Part shown: positions 28,409 to 42,813 of the stretch, one piece after another
How positions within the stretch are numbered: position 1 is the first letter of the stretch
Layout: every line of letters begins with the position of its first letter
Source of the DNA: Paramecium tetraurelia
Lineage: Eukaryota
Assembly: GCA_000165425.1 (NCBI GenBank)
Contig: CT867986.1
Location: 124,001-188,000 of the forward strand
Direction of reading: 5' to 3'
Length of the DNA: 64,000 nt
Made by a program: the position numbers and the translations under genes
Notes under the pieces: model-generated
Database searches by the model: none
What the model was told of the DNA's origin: nothing
What the model saw: only the letters and a program-made list of their open reading frames with translations

Positions 28409-28976
28409 ATGTCGTTATTCTCAAATACTAACATGAGTCATGTCTTTACTTACAATTCAAACAAGCTTTTTATTGGAAATATAAGGAGTCCCACAATCAA
28501 TATGAGGGCAGTCCTCTCAGTAATTGAAACACCAATATCCTCGAATACTAATCATTTTCATAAATAGATTCCAGCAACTGATGAAGTTGAATTTAAATTG
28601 AATCGTTACTTTGATGAAGGAGCTGATTTCATTCACAATCATTTGAAATATGGTAATGTCTTAGTTCATTGTTATGCTGGCATATCTAGATCTGCATCCT
28701 TGGTAGTGGCTTATTTAATCAAATACCACAATTACACTACCCTGACTGCAGTTAGATTTTTGCAGAAATCCAGACCAATCATAGAACCAAATGATGGTAA
28801 TTATTTCTTTTATAAAACTAGGATTTATTGCTTAACTGAAAGAATATGAAAACAGAGGAAAAACAGTAAGGTCATATCTAACCAAGGAATCAAAATAAGA
28901 GAAATAAGACGAGATCAAACCATTCCATAGACCAGTCAAATCATTTCTATCATCAAGAATGAAGACCTTATTTTGA
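28409..28976 (+). CDS. Small dual-specificity protein phosphatase
   Basis: VLVHCYAGISRSASLVVAYL, SRPIIEPNDGFIAQL after one intron. Confidence 0.92.
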
Positions 28977-29669
28977 ATGATCATTTTACTTTTTATATAT
29001 ATAAAATGTATATAAATGATACGATTAAAAAAATAATGTTGCCATAATGTTCAGATTTGCAATTATCATAATTAAGGGTTTAATGAGTACATAAGGCTAG
29101 GAACTATATATACTCTCATTCTAAGTTGTAATGAGGATTCAGTTTCAGAATGATAATTCAAAAAGATAGAGAAAATCAAATTTTATATAAGTGAAAAAGG
29201 ACTATCTAGCATAAATTATTATCATATGAAAATTATTAGTCATTTTTGTTTTATTGTTTAAGAAAGATTCAAAAATATACTAAATTAAATTAATATATCT
29301 AAAAGAAATTAATATATAATTTATAAGTCTAAATAGAAGAAGAATTTACCAACTAACTAGTTGGATAAAATAAAAAATTTGTTTGTGTTTTAAGGTAGCA
29401 GGGTTATTAGGGATTATAAAAATAATAAATTATGTTTCTAGTCCGAACAACCAAATATTATATTAAGTATAATATTCGGTGAAAAGAACAGAATCTTATA
29501 TTATTCTTTTGTTATAGCATATTATTATTTATAATAATAAGCTGGTAAATAAGAATAATAATTCAATAATAATTTTATATATAATTTTGCTCCCACTATG
29601 AAATAATATTATGGGAACTATTCTAGTTATTTTTAAAATAATTATGCAATTAATTAATTATAAATATTG

Positions 29670-30990
29670 ATGATTTCTATTTCTGACATTGAGACAATAA
29701 ATAAGTTTATTCTTGAAGCTAATGGAACCCTTGAAAGCATACAGAAGGCTTTCGTGAGAAAATTTTCCCAAGAATATGGTCCTTATCTCTATTTTTATTA
29801 AGGGCTTTGCGATAACGTACATAAATCAGATGATTTTGTTTTTAGATATTCACAAAAGGATAAAGACTCCTAATTATTTACTTGTTATATAATTCTGAAT
29901 TGAGACAGAGTTTAACAGATATATCAAGTTATAGTTAAAATTAATTTGAAAAGAAATTCGTCCAAGATCCATAATTTGTAATGCATTATATTAAGACTTA
30001 TAAGATAGTATGCTGGCCTTACAATAAAGACCCTTTTAGAAGAATAAGATAAGTTGAATATGAATGATAAACAATTAAATAAAGAATCTACGCCTTAGAA
30101 TTCATCAAATAAATTGAGAAATTGTATATCCATAAATAGTAATCCGCCTTAGTAAAATATTAAAATTTAAAATTTAGAAAATTGCTCTAACAATAACATT
30201 TGGACAGATTATCCCAAAAATAAAATGGATTTGATATCGAATTCTTAAGATTGATTCCAAATATTGTTTAAACTCGTTTGGATTGGATTGATTTCTATTA
30301 AACTCATGATCTTCAATGGGATTACTCATTGTAGATTAATTCGGACAAGTTGAGTCAAATTAAGGAAATCATGCAGAAAGCCCATATAGAATAATTGTCT
30401 GAGTAGGAATTGAAGGTATGATGATTGATTTAATTGGATTAGTAATTTCAGGAGTATTTGAAGAAAGACAATAATAATTTATTTAAAAATAGTGGATTGT
30501 TGAATTTCAATTTGAGTGACTTGATTGAGAAGAACTTAAATCTTGCCTTTTTCCTATTTTCTAAGCATTTTCCAAATGCTGAATTTCTGGAGTAAGAATA
30601 GTTTAATAGAAATAGTTTAATGGATGCTATGATGACAATTGATATTACACCAAATGCTTTGGAGATTATGTGCATGCTAATATAATAATTTCATATTCCC
30701 CAAGAATACCTTAATTATTATGTGAATTATTGTATATAATTCTGCTCAAATATAAAAGTACTTCTAAATATTTAAAGGATAGGAAAAAGGACAGTAAGTA
30801 AAAATGATCAAATATTTGACAATTTTCCTTAAGCATCTGATCAATAAAAAGATGTTGAAGACCTATGAGTTGTAGACAGAGGTATAAAATATAATGATGA
30901 ATTTAGTTGCAAGCCTTTTCCATTGAATTTTCTAATATAGGAGAAACATCAAGTCTATTCAAATTGATAAAGAATGATTAATAATAATGA
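29670..30990 (+). CDS. CNOT11: CCR4-NOT subunit 11-like protein
   Basis: C-terminal LIEKNLNLA..YVNYCIQFC..KMIKYLTIFLKHLI..LQAFSIEFS..SLFKLI matches the CNOT11/DUF2363 pattern. Confidence 0.75.
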
Positions 30991-31535
30991 TATGTATTAT
31001 CAAGTTAAAAGCTATTTAAAGGATAACTTCTTTAATTTATTAACGCAATAAGGTAAATTAGAATTATTTAAATGTTTTACAAAAGATATTATTGATTCTA
31101 TTATTTTCTGTTTATAATTTACTTGGATTAATTAGGTGATATGCTAAAATAACATAAAATCTAACAAATTCTTATTAAGTTTTAAAAAAGTAAGTTAGTG
31201 TTATTATTATATCTAAATGCTGGAAAAACATTTGAGAAATTCTTAACTGAATATTACCATCATTGCACTTAAATTTTACAATTTCATCTTATTTACATAC
31301 TACTAGCTTCTTTTCTTTTTTCAATAAATTTAGCTATATCTATTTATTGAAATTTTTTTCTTCAAATTGATAGATTATTATGTTTTCTCTTCTACATTAA
31401 AACCCTGAAAAACTTTAGTATGTTGAATTGAATAATATAATCATTATGCTATTGAATTTAAGTGTTAATATAATGTTTTTTGATGAGCTTAATTTGAAAT
31501 TATTGAATTATATAATATTAAATACAATATTAATA

Positions 31536-34500
31536 ATGGATCAACCTATGGTAAGTCCGAGAAATGTCACTGAGGGACATGAGGTGTCTAATTTGATAAC
31601 GTTTCGGTATTCAACAGATTAATATTGTACAATATATGTGATTAAAATTTCAGTATTGAATACGTAAAGAAATGAAGGGATTAATAGAGTGAAATAAAAA
31701 ATTTTAGATTTAGATGATAGGGCTATACTGGATGCAGGGTAAAATAATGAGGAAGAGGAACCATCAATAAGTTCATCAGAATCTGAGCAAAGTGTCAGCA
31801 AAAAAGGATCTGAGACAATGAAATTAGGATCATAAAGTAAGGTTGAACATGCTGAAAGATAGTATAAAACTGAAGATTTGTCCCCTGTTGATGGAGGTTG
31901 GACGAATATCATATGGAAGAGGGGTTCGTTGAGAATTATGACATATGTGGTCAGATTCGTGATTTCTATTCTAATTAATTCAGAAAAATCTAAGTTTTCA
32001 TTCATGAATCGAAAGTAATTCAATGCCATAAATGACGTAACAGGGGTTTATCAATTTTATGAGGAGAATAAACTAATTAGGTAGAGGATTAAAAAGAAAT
32101 TTAAAGTAATGTTATGACTTAAACTAATAGCAAATTGTTAAGTCCTATATTTAAAACAATATCTGTTATAAAGTTATAAGGAATGGATTGGAGACCTTCG
32201 TTAATAAATGTCTGTTTGTAATAGACCCCTCAAGCACCATTAAGATATTATGGGATTTCTTTATGTTGTTTGTGTTATCGTGGTAGATGGTCTTTGTTCC
32301 ACTGAAGATTTGTTTTTTCATTCATATAGAAGATCCTATTTTGAACTTCATCTTAAATTATTTGCCAGTCTACGTATATTTAATGGAGATTGTCTTAACA
32401 TTTCTGACAGGCTATTATGAGCATGGAGTGTTGATAATGGATTAGAAATAGGTAGCCAAACATTACTTCAAGAAATCATTTTTTTATGATCTATTAAATG
32501 TATTGCCATTATTGGTGAGTGCATATTATGTGCAATCGAATTGGTTAGAGTTTTCAGTCTTGGTTAAGATAAAGACATTGAAATTTTTATCAGATTAATT
32601 AGAGGAAGTATTTGGATTGAGAACTAATTATTAAACATTGATAGATGTCTTGAGATTGATGATCCAATTTATATTTTTGTCTCATCTTTTTGGTTGTTTT
32701 TGGCATTATTTGGGAATCCTTTAAGGAGATTACGGGTAAGATTTACTTGAATAACTTGTAGAATAACCAATACATGGATAAATGCGTTAGAGTTGTAAAA
32801 TGACAGTTGGCAGATTAGATACATAAACTCAATATATTGGAGTTCAATAACAACATTGACAATTGGATATGGTGACATTACACCTTAGAGTAGTGTTGAG
32901 AAGATCTTCACAGTTGGAGTGGCTGTTTTCAGTAGTGTCGTATTTGCATACACGATCTCAAGTATAGGGTTGATCTTCAGTCAATTGAATGAAAATAAGA
33001 AGAATCAAAGATATAAAATGAATTTGATTTAGTAATTCATAGGTTAAAGAGGAGTTAATAAATAATTGCAGAACAAAGTCAAGAAATTCTATGAGTATTT
33101 TATCCAAATAGATCATTCCTAAGACAGCGAATGTGAATTGTTACTTGACTCATTGGAACCCTCTTTAAAGAATGAATTGAAAATAGACCTATACAAAAAA
33201 TATATCATGAAATCCAAACTGTTTAAATCCACTTTCTCACCAGAGTACCTACTTTAAAATTTATGATTAGTTTCTTAGATTCCCTTTGCTAACTAGTTTA
33301 GGAGAGACAATATACACCAGACGAATAGATATGTGCAACTGATACTGAAGTTGAAGAGTTGTATTTTGTGTTGAAGGGTGAAATATCTTTGTAAATTCAA
33401 TTGAATAATTGTATTAAACAATAACATTCATTATGTAGAATCTGGTAAAACGCATTAAGTTAGTCTCTTAAAAAAAAATCATATTTTAGGAGAACGATTC
33501 TTCATCACTGGCGATAGATATCCATATTCAGGTAAGGCTATTTCAACTGTACGAGTTGCCTTTATTAAGAAAACATAATTTGTCAACCTATTGAAATAGA
33601 ATCCCCAAGAATATGAAAAGTTTTTGGAAGCCAAAAGCAAGGTTATATTAAAGGAGAGAGTAAAAGTCCAAGGATGCGAACTATGCTATTAAAACCACTA
33701 AGTTTTACAGTGTCCTTTTGTGTTTTATTACCCTAATGTTAGAGTCATTGTCAAAAGGTAAGAAAACATTACATAAAAGCGACAATTTAAATAAAGATCA
33801 TATGTAAAAAGTCATGTAAATTTATAACCAGTATTTAGAAATCACTCCAAGATAGAGGAGGCATTTAATATTAATTGATCTCCTATGCATTGGATACAAA
33901 TTTAATGCAAGAAGAATCTCTTGACGAATCATTAATTAAAAATATGGGCTTGCAATTCATAGAGCCAACAAAAAAATAGTTAAACAAACTACATAGTGAT
34001 ATTTCTGCTGACCCACAATTACAAGATTAGCCACATCCCTTTCAAAATCTAACACCCTTGCGTCCTAGTTGTGAATAATTTAGTGAAGGCAGTGAGGGAG
34101 GAACCAGCAAAACAAACAAAACTTCAAATAATGGATTACAAAAACTAATAACTCTTAGATAAATTTCATAATAAAGTCAGAATCAATAGATCTAACCAAA
34201 AAAAATAGACAAATATAAATAGATGAGTTTTAAAGTTAAAAAGAATGAATTTCGTCCTCCTGAAATTGTGGAATTATAAAAGATTGAAGAAATACAGTCT
34301 TTCGAATCTCCATAGTGTTCAGCTTAAAAATCAAATCAATAAAATATATTCTTTAATTTAAATGATAATTATATTACTAAAGAACTAGAAATCAAAAGAA
34401 TCTTGTGGGAGGAATATGTACACTCTCAAATCATTGAAGATAAAGAAAGGTTTGATTAATAAAAGGATTATCAATTTTTTTATCCTAATTTTAACTTAGA

Positions 34501-34693
34501 GAAAGTGTTAGATTTAATTAATATCAAGGTTAATGAAAGAAAAAAGAAAACCTAAAAATCAAGACTGACAACATTAGGCAAGAATCGATTGGGTTAGTTA
34601 CAAAACATATCTGTTAGACCTAGAAAAAGTATGATTACTATTGAATAAGCATTTTCATAAGAAGATGAAAGATAAAAAAGTCTTAAATTATGA
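31536..34693 (+). CDS. 6TM K+ channel with cyclic-nucleotide-binding domain (EAG/HCN-like ciliate family)
   Basis: SHLFGCFWH, YWSSITTLTIGYGDITP pore, C-linker, LYFVLKGEI and LGERFFITG CNBD motifs. Confidence 0.93.
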
Positions 34694-34725
34694 TAACTAA
34701 AAATGTATGTAAACTATCATCAAAC

Positions 34726-36125
34726 TCAAGTATCTAAACAATCTGCATCATAATTATAGGATCCAAATTGTTAATTCCATTTCAAGTAATCTTTTAAATC
34801 ATTTTAATTTACTGTGGGCTTCACAATTTGAAGAGCTCTCTTAAAATCCTCTATAGTAGTTGCTCTTATCTAATCCAATTTCAAATTTTTAATAGTATAC
34901 ATTTTAGCAGCATCTCTAATTGCATACATGCAAGCCTATTGAATATTATGGATATTTTACTTCTCTACTTAAATTTCTAATATCAGCTCCTGAGTATCCC
35001 TTTGTCAAATCTACCAAAGTTTGCATCTCTGAAGTATTCATTTCAATTCTCTTCCCTTCTTTTGCTTCTTTAATGATCAAATTTTCAAAGTATGACTGTC
35101 TCCCCTCCTTATTAGGCAAAGGAATATATATCTTTTTCTAAAATCTCCTTTTGATTGCATCGTCTAATTCTTGAGGTCTATTTGTAGCGCCAATAAAAAC
35201 TATTCTTTCACATCCTCCTCTGGTAGCTCCTTCTAATTAAACCATAAATTCTGTCTTTATTTATCTACTTGTTTCATTATCCTTCTCAGATCTAGCACAT
35301 AAAAGTGAATCAATCTCATCAAAAAATATTACGCTAGGCTATCTTTAAGCAGCCAAGGCAAACAAGGCTCTCACAGTTTTTTCACCTTCTCCGACATATT
35401 TAGATGTTAAGGTGGAAGCCTTAATAGAAAAGAAAGTAGCCTTGCCTTCACTTGCTATGGCCTTACCTATCATAGTCTTTCCTGTTCCTGGAGGACCAAA
35501 TAACAATAATCCACTGCCTGGTGCTATTATGCCTTCGAATAATTTTGGATTCTCCAAAGGCCACAAAGCTATTTCAACCACTTAATCTCTTACATGATCT
35601 AAACCAACTATGTCTGTCCATTGAGTTGGTCTATCCATGATTTCTATGATATCAGACTCAATTTTATTAATTATGTTATCTTCAAAGTTAGTTTAATTTG
35701 ATTATTTTTCATTCTTTTATCCTAATTGCTCTTATTTGCTCTTTTCACCTATTTTAGTTGGTGGTTAGAATCTTTTTTTTGGCATTAATTAATTAGCTTA
35801 GACAAAACCAAATTATTATTAATTAGATGGTTGAGGCTATTATACTTGATTTTAACATTGCTAAGGTTATGGAGGTTATTCCACTTTAATTTCTTACTTC
35901 TTTATATTGGCAGGGAGGTTTAATTTGATAAATTCAGTTCTATTTGTTAGGAATAGTTTCATTTAAGTATAATTAATGCACTTTAGATCTAAATGAACCT
36001 TGAGATGCGATTGCTTATTTTTTTAATTTTTCAAAAATGCTTCAGTCTATTCTTAGATAATAGTAATTACTTTAGTTACTTAAATTTAGAAAATTCTAAT
36101 TTCTTGCTTCTTATTTAGTAATCAT
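34726..36125 (-). CDS. Fidgetin-like 1 / spastin-family AAA ATPase
   Basis: [71 protein letters not shown]. Confidence 0.9.
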
Positions 36126-36160
36126 TTCAAAATTAATATAATTATTTATTATACATAATA

Positions 36161-37378
36161 TCAAATAAATAATTACTACTACTAACATGTGAATTAGTAA
36201 AACGAATTATTCTCCTGTTTAGTATTGAATTTCCAGTCTTTAAGATCAGGTTGCTCCTTTTTTCTACTCTCCAATATTATGACAGGAATTTAGCAAATAA
36301 CTGGAACCGCCAAAGAAGTTAGCAATCCATCCTATATTATATAATATTAAGTTATTACAGCAAATGCTTAAACTTATAAGATGTAATGATTTTTAATAAA
36401 TTACATTTTAACAGTTGCAGCCAAGTCATTAGGAAGTGTAATTGAAGACTTTAAGCCTTCACTTCTCTTCCCTGCAGATAGACCAGGCAAGACATTAGAA
36501 TATAATGTTTTATTTTCTATCACCCTCTCATTTTCATCGTCATCAGTAAAACTTAAGAAATGATTTAATTTCACTTCCACTTTAGTTATGGATCTTTATG
36601 ATCTAGTAGTGTTTAAAGTGTATTCCAATTCCAGGACTTCTCCTGGCTTATAAAGGTTCTTTGCAGTTCTGATACCTAGTTCTATCATACCTCTATGAAG
36701 ACAAAAAAATTAAACTATGTTTCCCTCATTCTCTCTTTTCTACTCAGTTAATTTATATCTGCTATTAATGTAAATGGGGATGCTCTTTTGGACGATGATT
36801 TAATTTGATTGCAAATCGATGATTCTCAAATATATTTTATATTAGATTTTAGCTTATTGTAATCCTATATAAATATTTGAATCATACCATCTTAATTTCG
36901 ATATTAAAAACTTGAATTCATCCCGAATTTCGTTGGTACTTAAAACGGCAATTTGTAATCTCCACTTTTTATAATTCCTCTATAGAGATCCTAGATATGA
37001 AGGTAATCTTCATTAACTCCATATTTTCTTGTAATTTAGAGCATAGTTCCATTTTGCAGTTCATATTTTTTTTTAGGATTAATTTGACTCGGTTTAAAAT
37101 TTCTGGGTGAATCTAGTGTTAGTTAGATTTCCTTATTTTTTTCTAACAATTTCTCTGGAATCATTTGAGGATTGTTTATGTCATAAGGAATCAAATATAA
37201 TTTTATATGGTACCTATCGTTTATGCAAAATTTTGGAATGCTCTATTGCGACAAATATTAATTAAACATTGGCTTGCTGAATATCATCGAACAGCCGCAG
37301 ATAACAGAGTCCATCAATATTTTCACCAGCAATCGACACTGGCTTCTTGATCGAAAATAATATATCGTTTGAAATCAT
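36161..37378 (-). CDS. Arrestin-domain protein
   Basis: KPVSIAGENIDGLCYLRL, GDYKLPFQV, AATVKCNLLKI, CQIPVII resemble arrestin N and C domains. Confidence 0.65.
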
Positions 37379-37502
37379 GCGTGAATGAAAATGTATGAAT
37401 GATTTTATTAATATATGAATTAAGCTGAAAATTATTTGTATTCAATTTTTTAATATTGTCATAATCAACTATTTTGAATTAATTAAATTAACAGTTAATT
37501 AA

Positions 37503-38026
37503 ATGAGCTACTCTTAAGAGTTCTCTCCTTTGTCTATGAAAGAAGAGATATTTTTTTAAAACGAAACAGAATCTACCTCCTTAGAATAACAATTGCAAAT
37601 TGCTAATGAGAAAGTCATATAACTTATGCAATATTAATAACAATTAAGGTATATTTACCTCAGTATCTGAGTGAAGAACTAGAGCATTTGCATTATAAAT
37701 ATAGAGAGACATAATAAGAGAACGAGATGCTCTCAAATTAATTACGCTAAGGTCCAGATGAAGCTAAATTTCTTAATTGTGTTCTCGATATGGTTCGTGT
37801 ATGCCACCCTCAGGACAAACCAATTACCTTGAAATATGCATGGAAATGGTTAAAATATGTTGTCGACGATTATATTGAATTAAGGAAAAGAACCAAAAGT
37901 TCGAATACATAGAGTGAAGTATTCAAAAATCCCAAAAAAAACTCAATTGTCGTAGGTGATTTACTAAGAAAGAATTGCTAAGTGGCTGAAAGCTAGTATA
38001 TAAAGAATTCAAAATGCCATAATTGA
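37503..38026 (+). CDS. Hypothetical coiled-coil protein
   Basis: MSYSQEFSPLSMKEE.. frame open to TGA under code 6; intron structure not resolved. Confidence 0.6.
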
Positions 38027-38866
38027 TAGTTAATATGTATTTTTTTGTTGCTTAAAAATAACAATAGATTATATCATATATATATTAATTAAGTGTTTTC
38101 AAGTGCAATTGGTTTAGTAATGATGAAAAGCCAAAAAAAAAAGAAATAACAACAGTAGCAATCCTCTTATCCTGCAAAATGATTATTCCTATCTCAAAAA
38201 AGAATTAAGTGAGGGAAAAAAATGAGAATATAAAAAAGTAATAATAAGATAATAATAAATGAATACTAAGATAAATTGGCTATATTAGAATGATAAAATT
38301 TATAAAGAAAGAATCAATTTTATTTATTGATTTTTACTTAGAGAATCTTCTCTTAAATATAGATATAATGAATGTGAGATTATAAATTCAAAAAAATTCT
38401 ATAAATTTAAATATTGCCTTTATATAGGATTAAAATTATCTAGAAATCTTACTTAGTGGAACTGTTGTTATAATATAAAGATTTATTAAAATCATCCTTT
38501 TTTATTGCCATATAATATTGAATATTCAATATGTTCATGTGTTCTCAACTAATAATATATATCATCATATTAATAAAATAAGTTCCAGAAAAAAAATTAA
38601 TTAATATAACTTGCTCAGATTAATATTCCAATAGACAATTAGAAAATATTCAATATAAGACTTTTTGTTTATTATTGTGAGACTTTGTTTAATTATGATT
38701 ATAATATTAGAGATAGAGTAGAATTAAGAAATTGAAAATATTCTTAACTATCTCAAGATCGAATAATATTAGAAGATTTTTTGATTAAGCTTATGTGAAA
38801 CATAGTTTTATATAACTATTAAAGGTTTACAAAAGAAAGTTTTGATTATATTAATTTATATAAATT

Positions 38867-39211
38867 ATGAAAATAGAAGTTCATATCAAGGATAAACAAT
38901 TTGCAATAAATTGTGGAGACGGACTACAAAAGGTCAAATGGTTAGGAGATGTAGCCATTTTTAGACATAGTCATTTCTATTCTTAAATAAACTCTACAAC
39001 AAAAGGAATTAAATTAGAAAATGGTGAAATGGTTGATTTGAATGCTATAATAAGTAGCACTTTAGCAGAAAACACTCATGTTTGGGTTGTTTTAAAAGGT
39101 ATAGTTCTATTTTGAATATTTTTAGAGGATTTAGAAGCAATGGGTATGGATACAAAATAGCAGCAACAATAACATAAGAGACCAATAACTGCTGTAAGCA
39201 GAAGAAAATGA
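38867..39211 (+). CDS. Stand-alone Par3/HAL N-terminal (ubiquitin-like fold) domain protein
   Basis: MKIEVHIKDKQFAINCGDGLQKVKWLGDVAIFR..HVWVVL; one tiny intron. Confidence 0.7.
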
Positions 39212-39256
39212 TGTTTTTAATTGTTTTTACTAATAAATTTAATTCCAAATATTTAT

Positions 39257-42200
39257 ATGTACCTTTATTTGTTCTCTTTTTTATATGTTGTGTCTTCTAT
39301 AGTTTATGTACTCAACACAGATGAATTGAAAGTATGTATCAGGTATAACTGAATAGATTTTGGAGGATTATGCTAATGGGATTGAAAAATACGATAAATA
39401 GAAAGAAAAGTTGGTTATTTAGAGTATTAGTTTACTTGCTAATGATGAGGAGGTAATTTAAATTACAAGTTTATTTACTCCTTTTGATAATTAATAGAGA
39501 GTAGATATATTAACCAAAAAAGCAGAGAATATATACACAGTGTATACTTTATATTATGCTAAATAAGTAAAATGTGTAATTTATTTTAGTAAAGTTCAGA
39601 ACTTAAGTTTGAAAAGGTGGAATTAAAAGGTGTAGAAAAATGTACATCCTTAACTTATCTATAGGATTAATTTATAGTTGATTGCACGATTAATACAATT
39701 CTTTTTGTTTTATAGAATGGAACTTAGATATAATACGACTATAATAAAAATGTCTAATTTACTCAAATCTTAGGGTTCTATGATGGATTATTAGGATTAT
39801 CTCCAGGATATTTAAGCTTTTTTGATGAATAGCTTTAACTGGAAAGATAGATCTTAGCCAATTATATTTAAGTACTAAAGGATGAAAAAAATGTTTATTT
39901 ATTAAATGAACTCTAAGTTTTTTAATATACTTAAGATGGAGGTGTAATAGAGTATAATCATAAATGCGAAAATAAGCCAGAATTTATGGCAGTAATAGAC
40001 AAGACATTTTACATTTAATGTGGTACATTAAGGACGGTTAGTCAGAATGAAGTTGAAGTTCTTTCATTAAAGGTATCAGAAATATTTGCAACCAATCAAT
40101 ATATCATTATAAATAATACCAGTATTTACAATTAAGATTTGGATACTTGTTATTATTTTTCAAATGGGTAGTTATATCCAATAAACTATGATGATGATGT
40201 GATTCAGATAGTCAATAAATAAATATAGATTGGCTCCATAAAAGGATATTACTTAATTTAATCAGATTAGATATCCTAATTCAACTTATCTTTAGATTAA
40301 TTTTATGTTGTCGACAAAGGATTATAAGTTTTGAATTCTGGAAATTCTGCCTATTATGGAAATAAATTCTAAGTAGTAAATTATGTTTCTGGGCCTTATG
40401 TAGAGATTCAGCAGCAGGGAGTTTTAGAATAACCACTTTAATTGAATTTAGAAAAGTAGATTAAAGATAAATAATTGTTGACATTGATAAACTATTTGGA
40501 TGAATCAATATTCTTAATCTATTTACAAAATGCATAGCTATTCTCATAGAAATGTTTAATTGATTAATTATAGCTGAAATGTCAAAAGGAAATGCTCTTT
40601 TAATAGAATTCCCCATCAAACATAGAAAATGTCTAAGGAACTGTATTTGGAATTCAAATAATATTAGCATATCAATCTCAGGAGACAGTATACATTTATT
40701 TAGACGATAAACTGTTAGATTAGATAAATAATGTCACTACATTTCAACTGTACTAAAATTATATAGTTATTCTTAAAGACAATGAAGTATCTATAAATTA
40801 CATCATTGATAACAAATTGAATGAAGAAGCCTAAATTAATATCACTTGCATAATGGTTGCTATTTATTTTAATGAGATTGCGCTGGTTGATGAGAGAAAT
40901 AATCTTATAATAGTTAGTGATTCTAACAGTGGCTGGTATTATTCGTTTTCACAATCATTTCAAGATTTAATTACGGAAATAAACTATGTTAATTCTCAAT
41001 TGATTGTATCAACTGAGAAATAAGCATATATTTATGAGAGCAGGATATTAAGAGGAAAATTAGATTTAGATATAATTACAAATGGAAGTTATTTATAAAC
41101 TCAAACTCACTTATACATTTATAATACCACCAAAATATTTTAATTTTAAATATTCTCCGACTTTTCCTTATCAAGTTGGCCATAATAAATAATAAAATGT
41201 TAGATTTAATAACGTTTTTTAGGATTAACATTTAAATAGAGTGAATTACTACTTATAGATAACATTCTATTTGTTTATAGTTAAATTTTATAGTTTACAC
41301 CTAATAATATTGTAGAAAGAGATGTTTATTCCAGATTCAGTTCTGCTGATATCATTTTCAGTAATTATTAAAATAAATCTGTTACTGTGAAGGTCAAAAC
41401 AATTGGGAATATTTTAAAACTACAGCCTTTATAGTATAAAGAATCAGATTGTTAAATTAATAATGATATATTATAAATTGATTAAGCTTCATTTTTTGAT
41501 GGCCCAATCTCAATCATCAGCAAAGATGTAGATGATGGAATTGAAATAATTCAGAGAGCAAGTAAGTATTAAACATAACCAAGTTGGATCGATGAAGGCT
41601 TAAACGATCTAATTTATATTGGAAATAACTTAAGAGTCATTTATTCGAACACTTCTTTGTCTCTATGTTCAGAGAATAAGTGTTAATCTATTTTAAATAA
41701 CACTCAAGATTGTCTTACATTAGAGTAGGATCAATTATAATTTTATTTGGTTTGTAAAAAGTTTGTTTATTCTGGTTTGAAATCAAAACCAGAATCAATT
41801 AATAATATAGATTTTACCCCATATTTTAATTAACTACTCAGTATAAAATTTGATTAAGGCTCTAAAATAGGAATAATAAGTAGATCAGATATATATACAC
41901 AATTTTCACTTTACAACAATTATTAATTAAAGGTTTAAAAAATTATTAGTGACCTCTAAGATTTCTAATTTAATGATTCAAATATAATATTTTTAACATC
42001 ACAAAAGGTTATTTTAGTTGATAGTACTTTAAAAGAGATACATTCATATAATTTATTAGAAAATTTGATCTCAACAGAATAGAATGAAGCATTAAAATTT
42101 TTGAAATTTAAAAAAATATGCCATTATAAAGAAAATTAATATCTAATTTCAAGTAAAGACGGTCCAATTTATTTAATGTATTTAAATAACGAACACTCTG

Positions 42201-42785
42201 ATTTAGTTTTGCAATTCACAAATATTCAAAATACAACTCCTATTGAAACATATTTGATTTAAAAAGATATTTTGGTATGTATTTATAAAGACGACAATGA
42301 CTAATATTTTGCTGCCTTTTATGATTTTGAAGATAGAACAAAATCATCTTTAATTATCCCATATTTCAATGTGATTGAATTGGGATCTTCATTCTCAAAA
42401 TTCCATTACACTCAACAGTATGATAATAATTCAATTATTTTGATTGATAGATCTGATGCAAAGTAAATATTTGTAATCAATGATTATGTAATATTATTTT
42501 AAATTTGCTTAGCTCCAAATAAAGAGTGTCTCATCTAATAAATATTTACATGAATTGATTGCCAATGATTTGAAATTCCAATCAACAAAAATTAATTTAA
42601 AAATAAATTTGACAGAAACTGATGAAACTCCAGAAAATTGGACCACAGCTATTTATATTTTATGTGGCATATTAGGAATTCTAGTTTTCTTAATATTATT
42701 TCGATATATAAGAAGATATTGGTTGACAAGAAATCTCAAATTCGAAGAAGACAAACCTTCAGAATTTAAAAATGAAGAAGTTTGA
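39257..42785 (+). CDS. Large type-I membrane protein (signal peptide, beta-rich ectodomain, C-terminal TM)
   Basis: MYLYLFSFLYVVSS leader; long code-6 frame with several tiny introns; AIYILCGILGILVFLILF then RYIRRY. Confidence 0.85.
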
Positions 42786-42813
42786 TTTATGTATATTATT
42801 TGTAACACCTAAA

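Noticed and set aside
31619..32029. 136-aa minus-strand ORF
   Set aside because: Antisense to the K+ channel N-terminus
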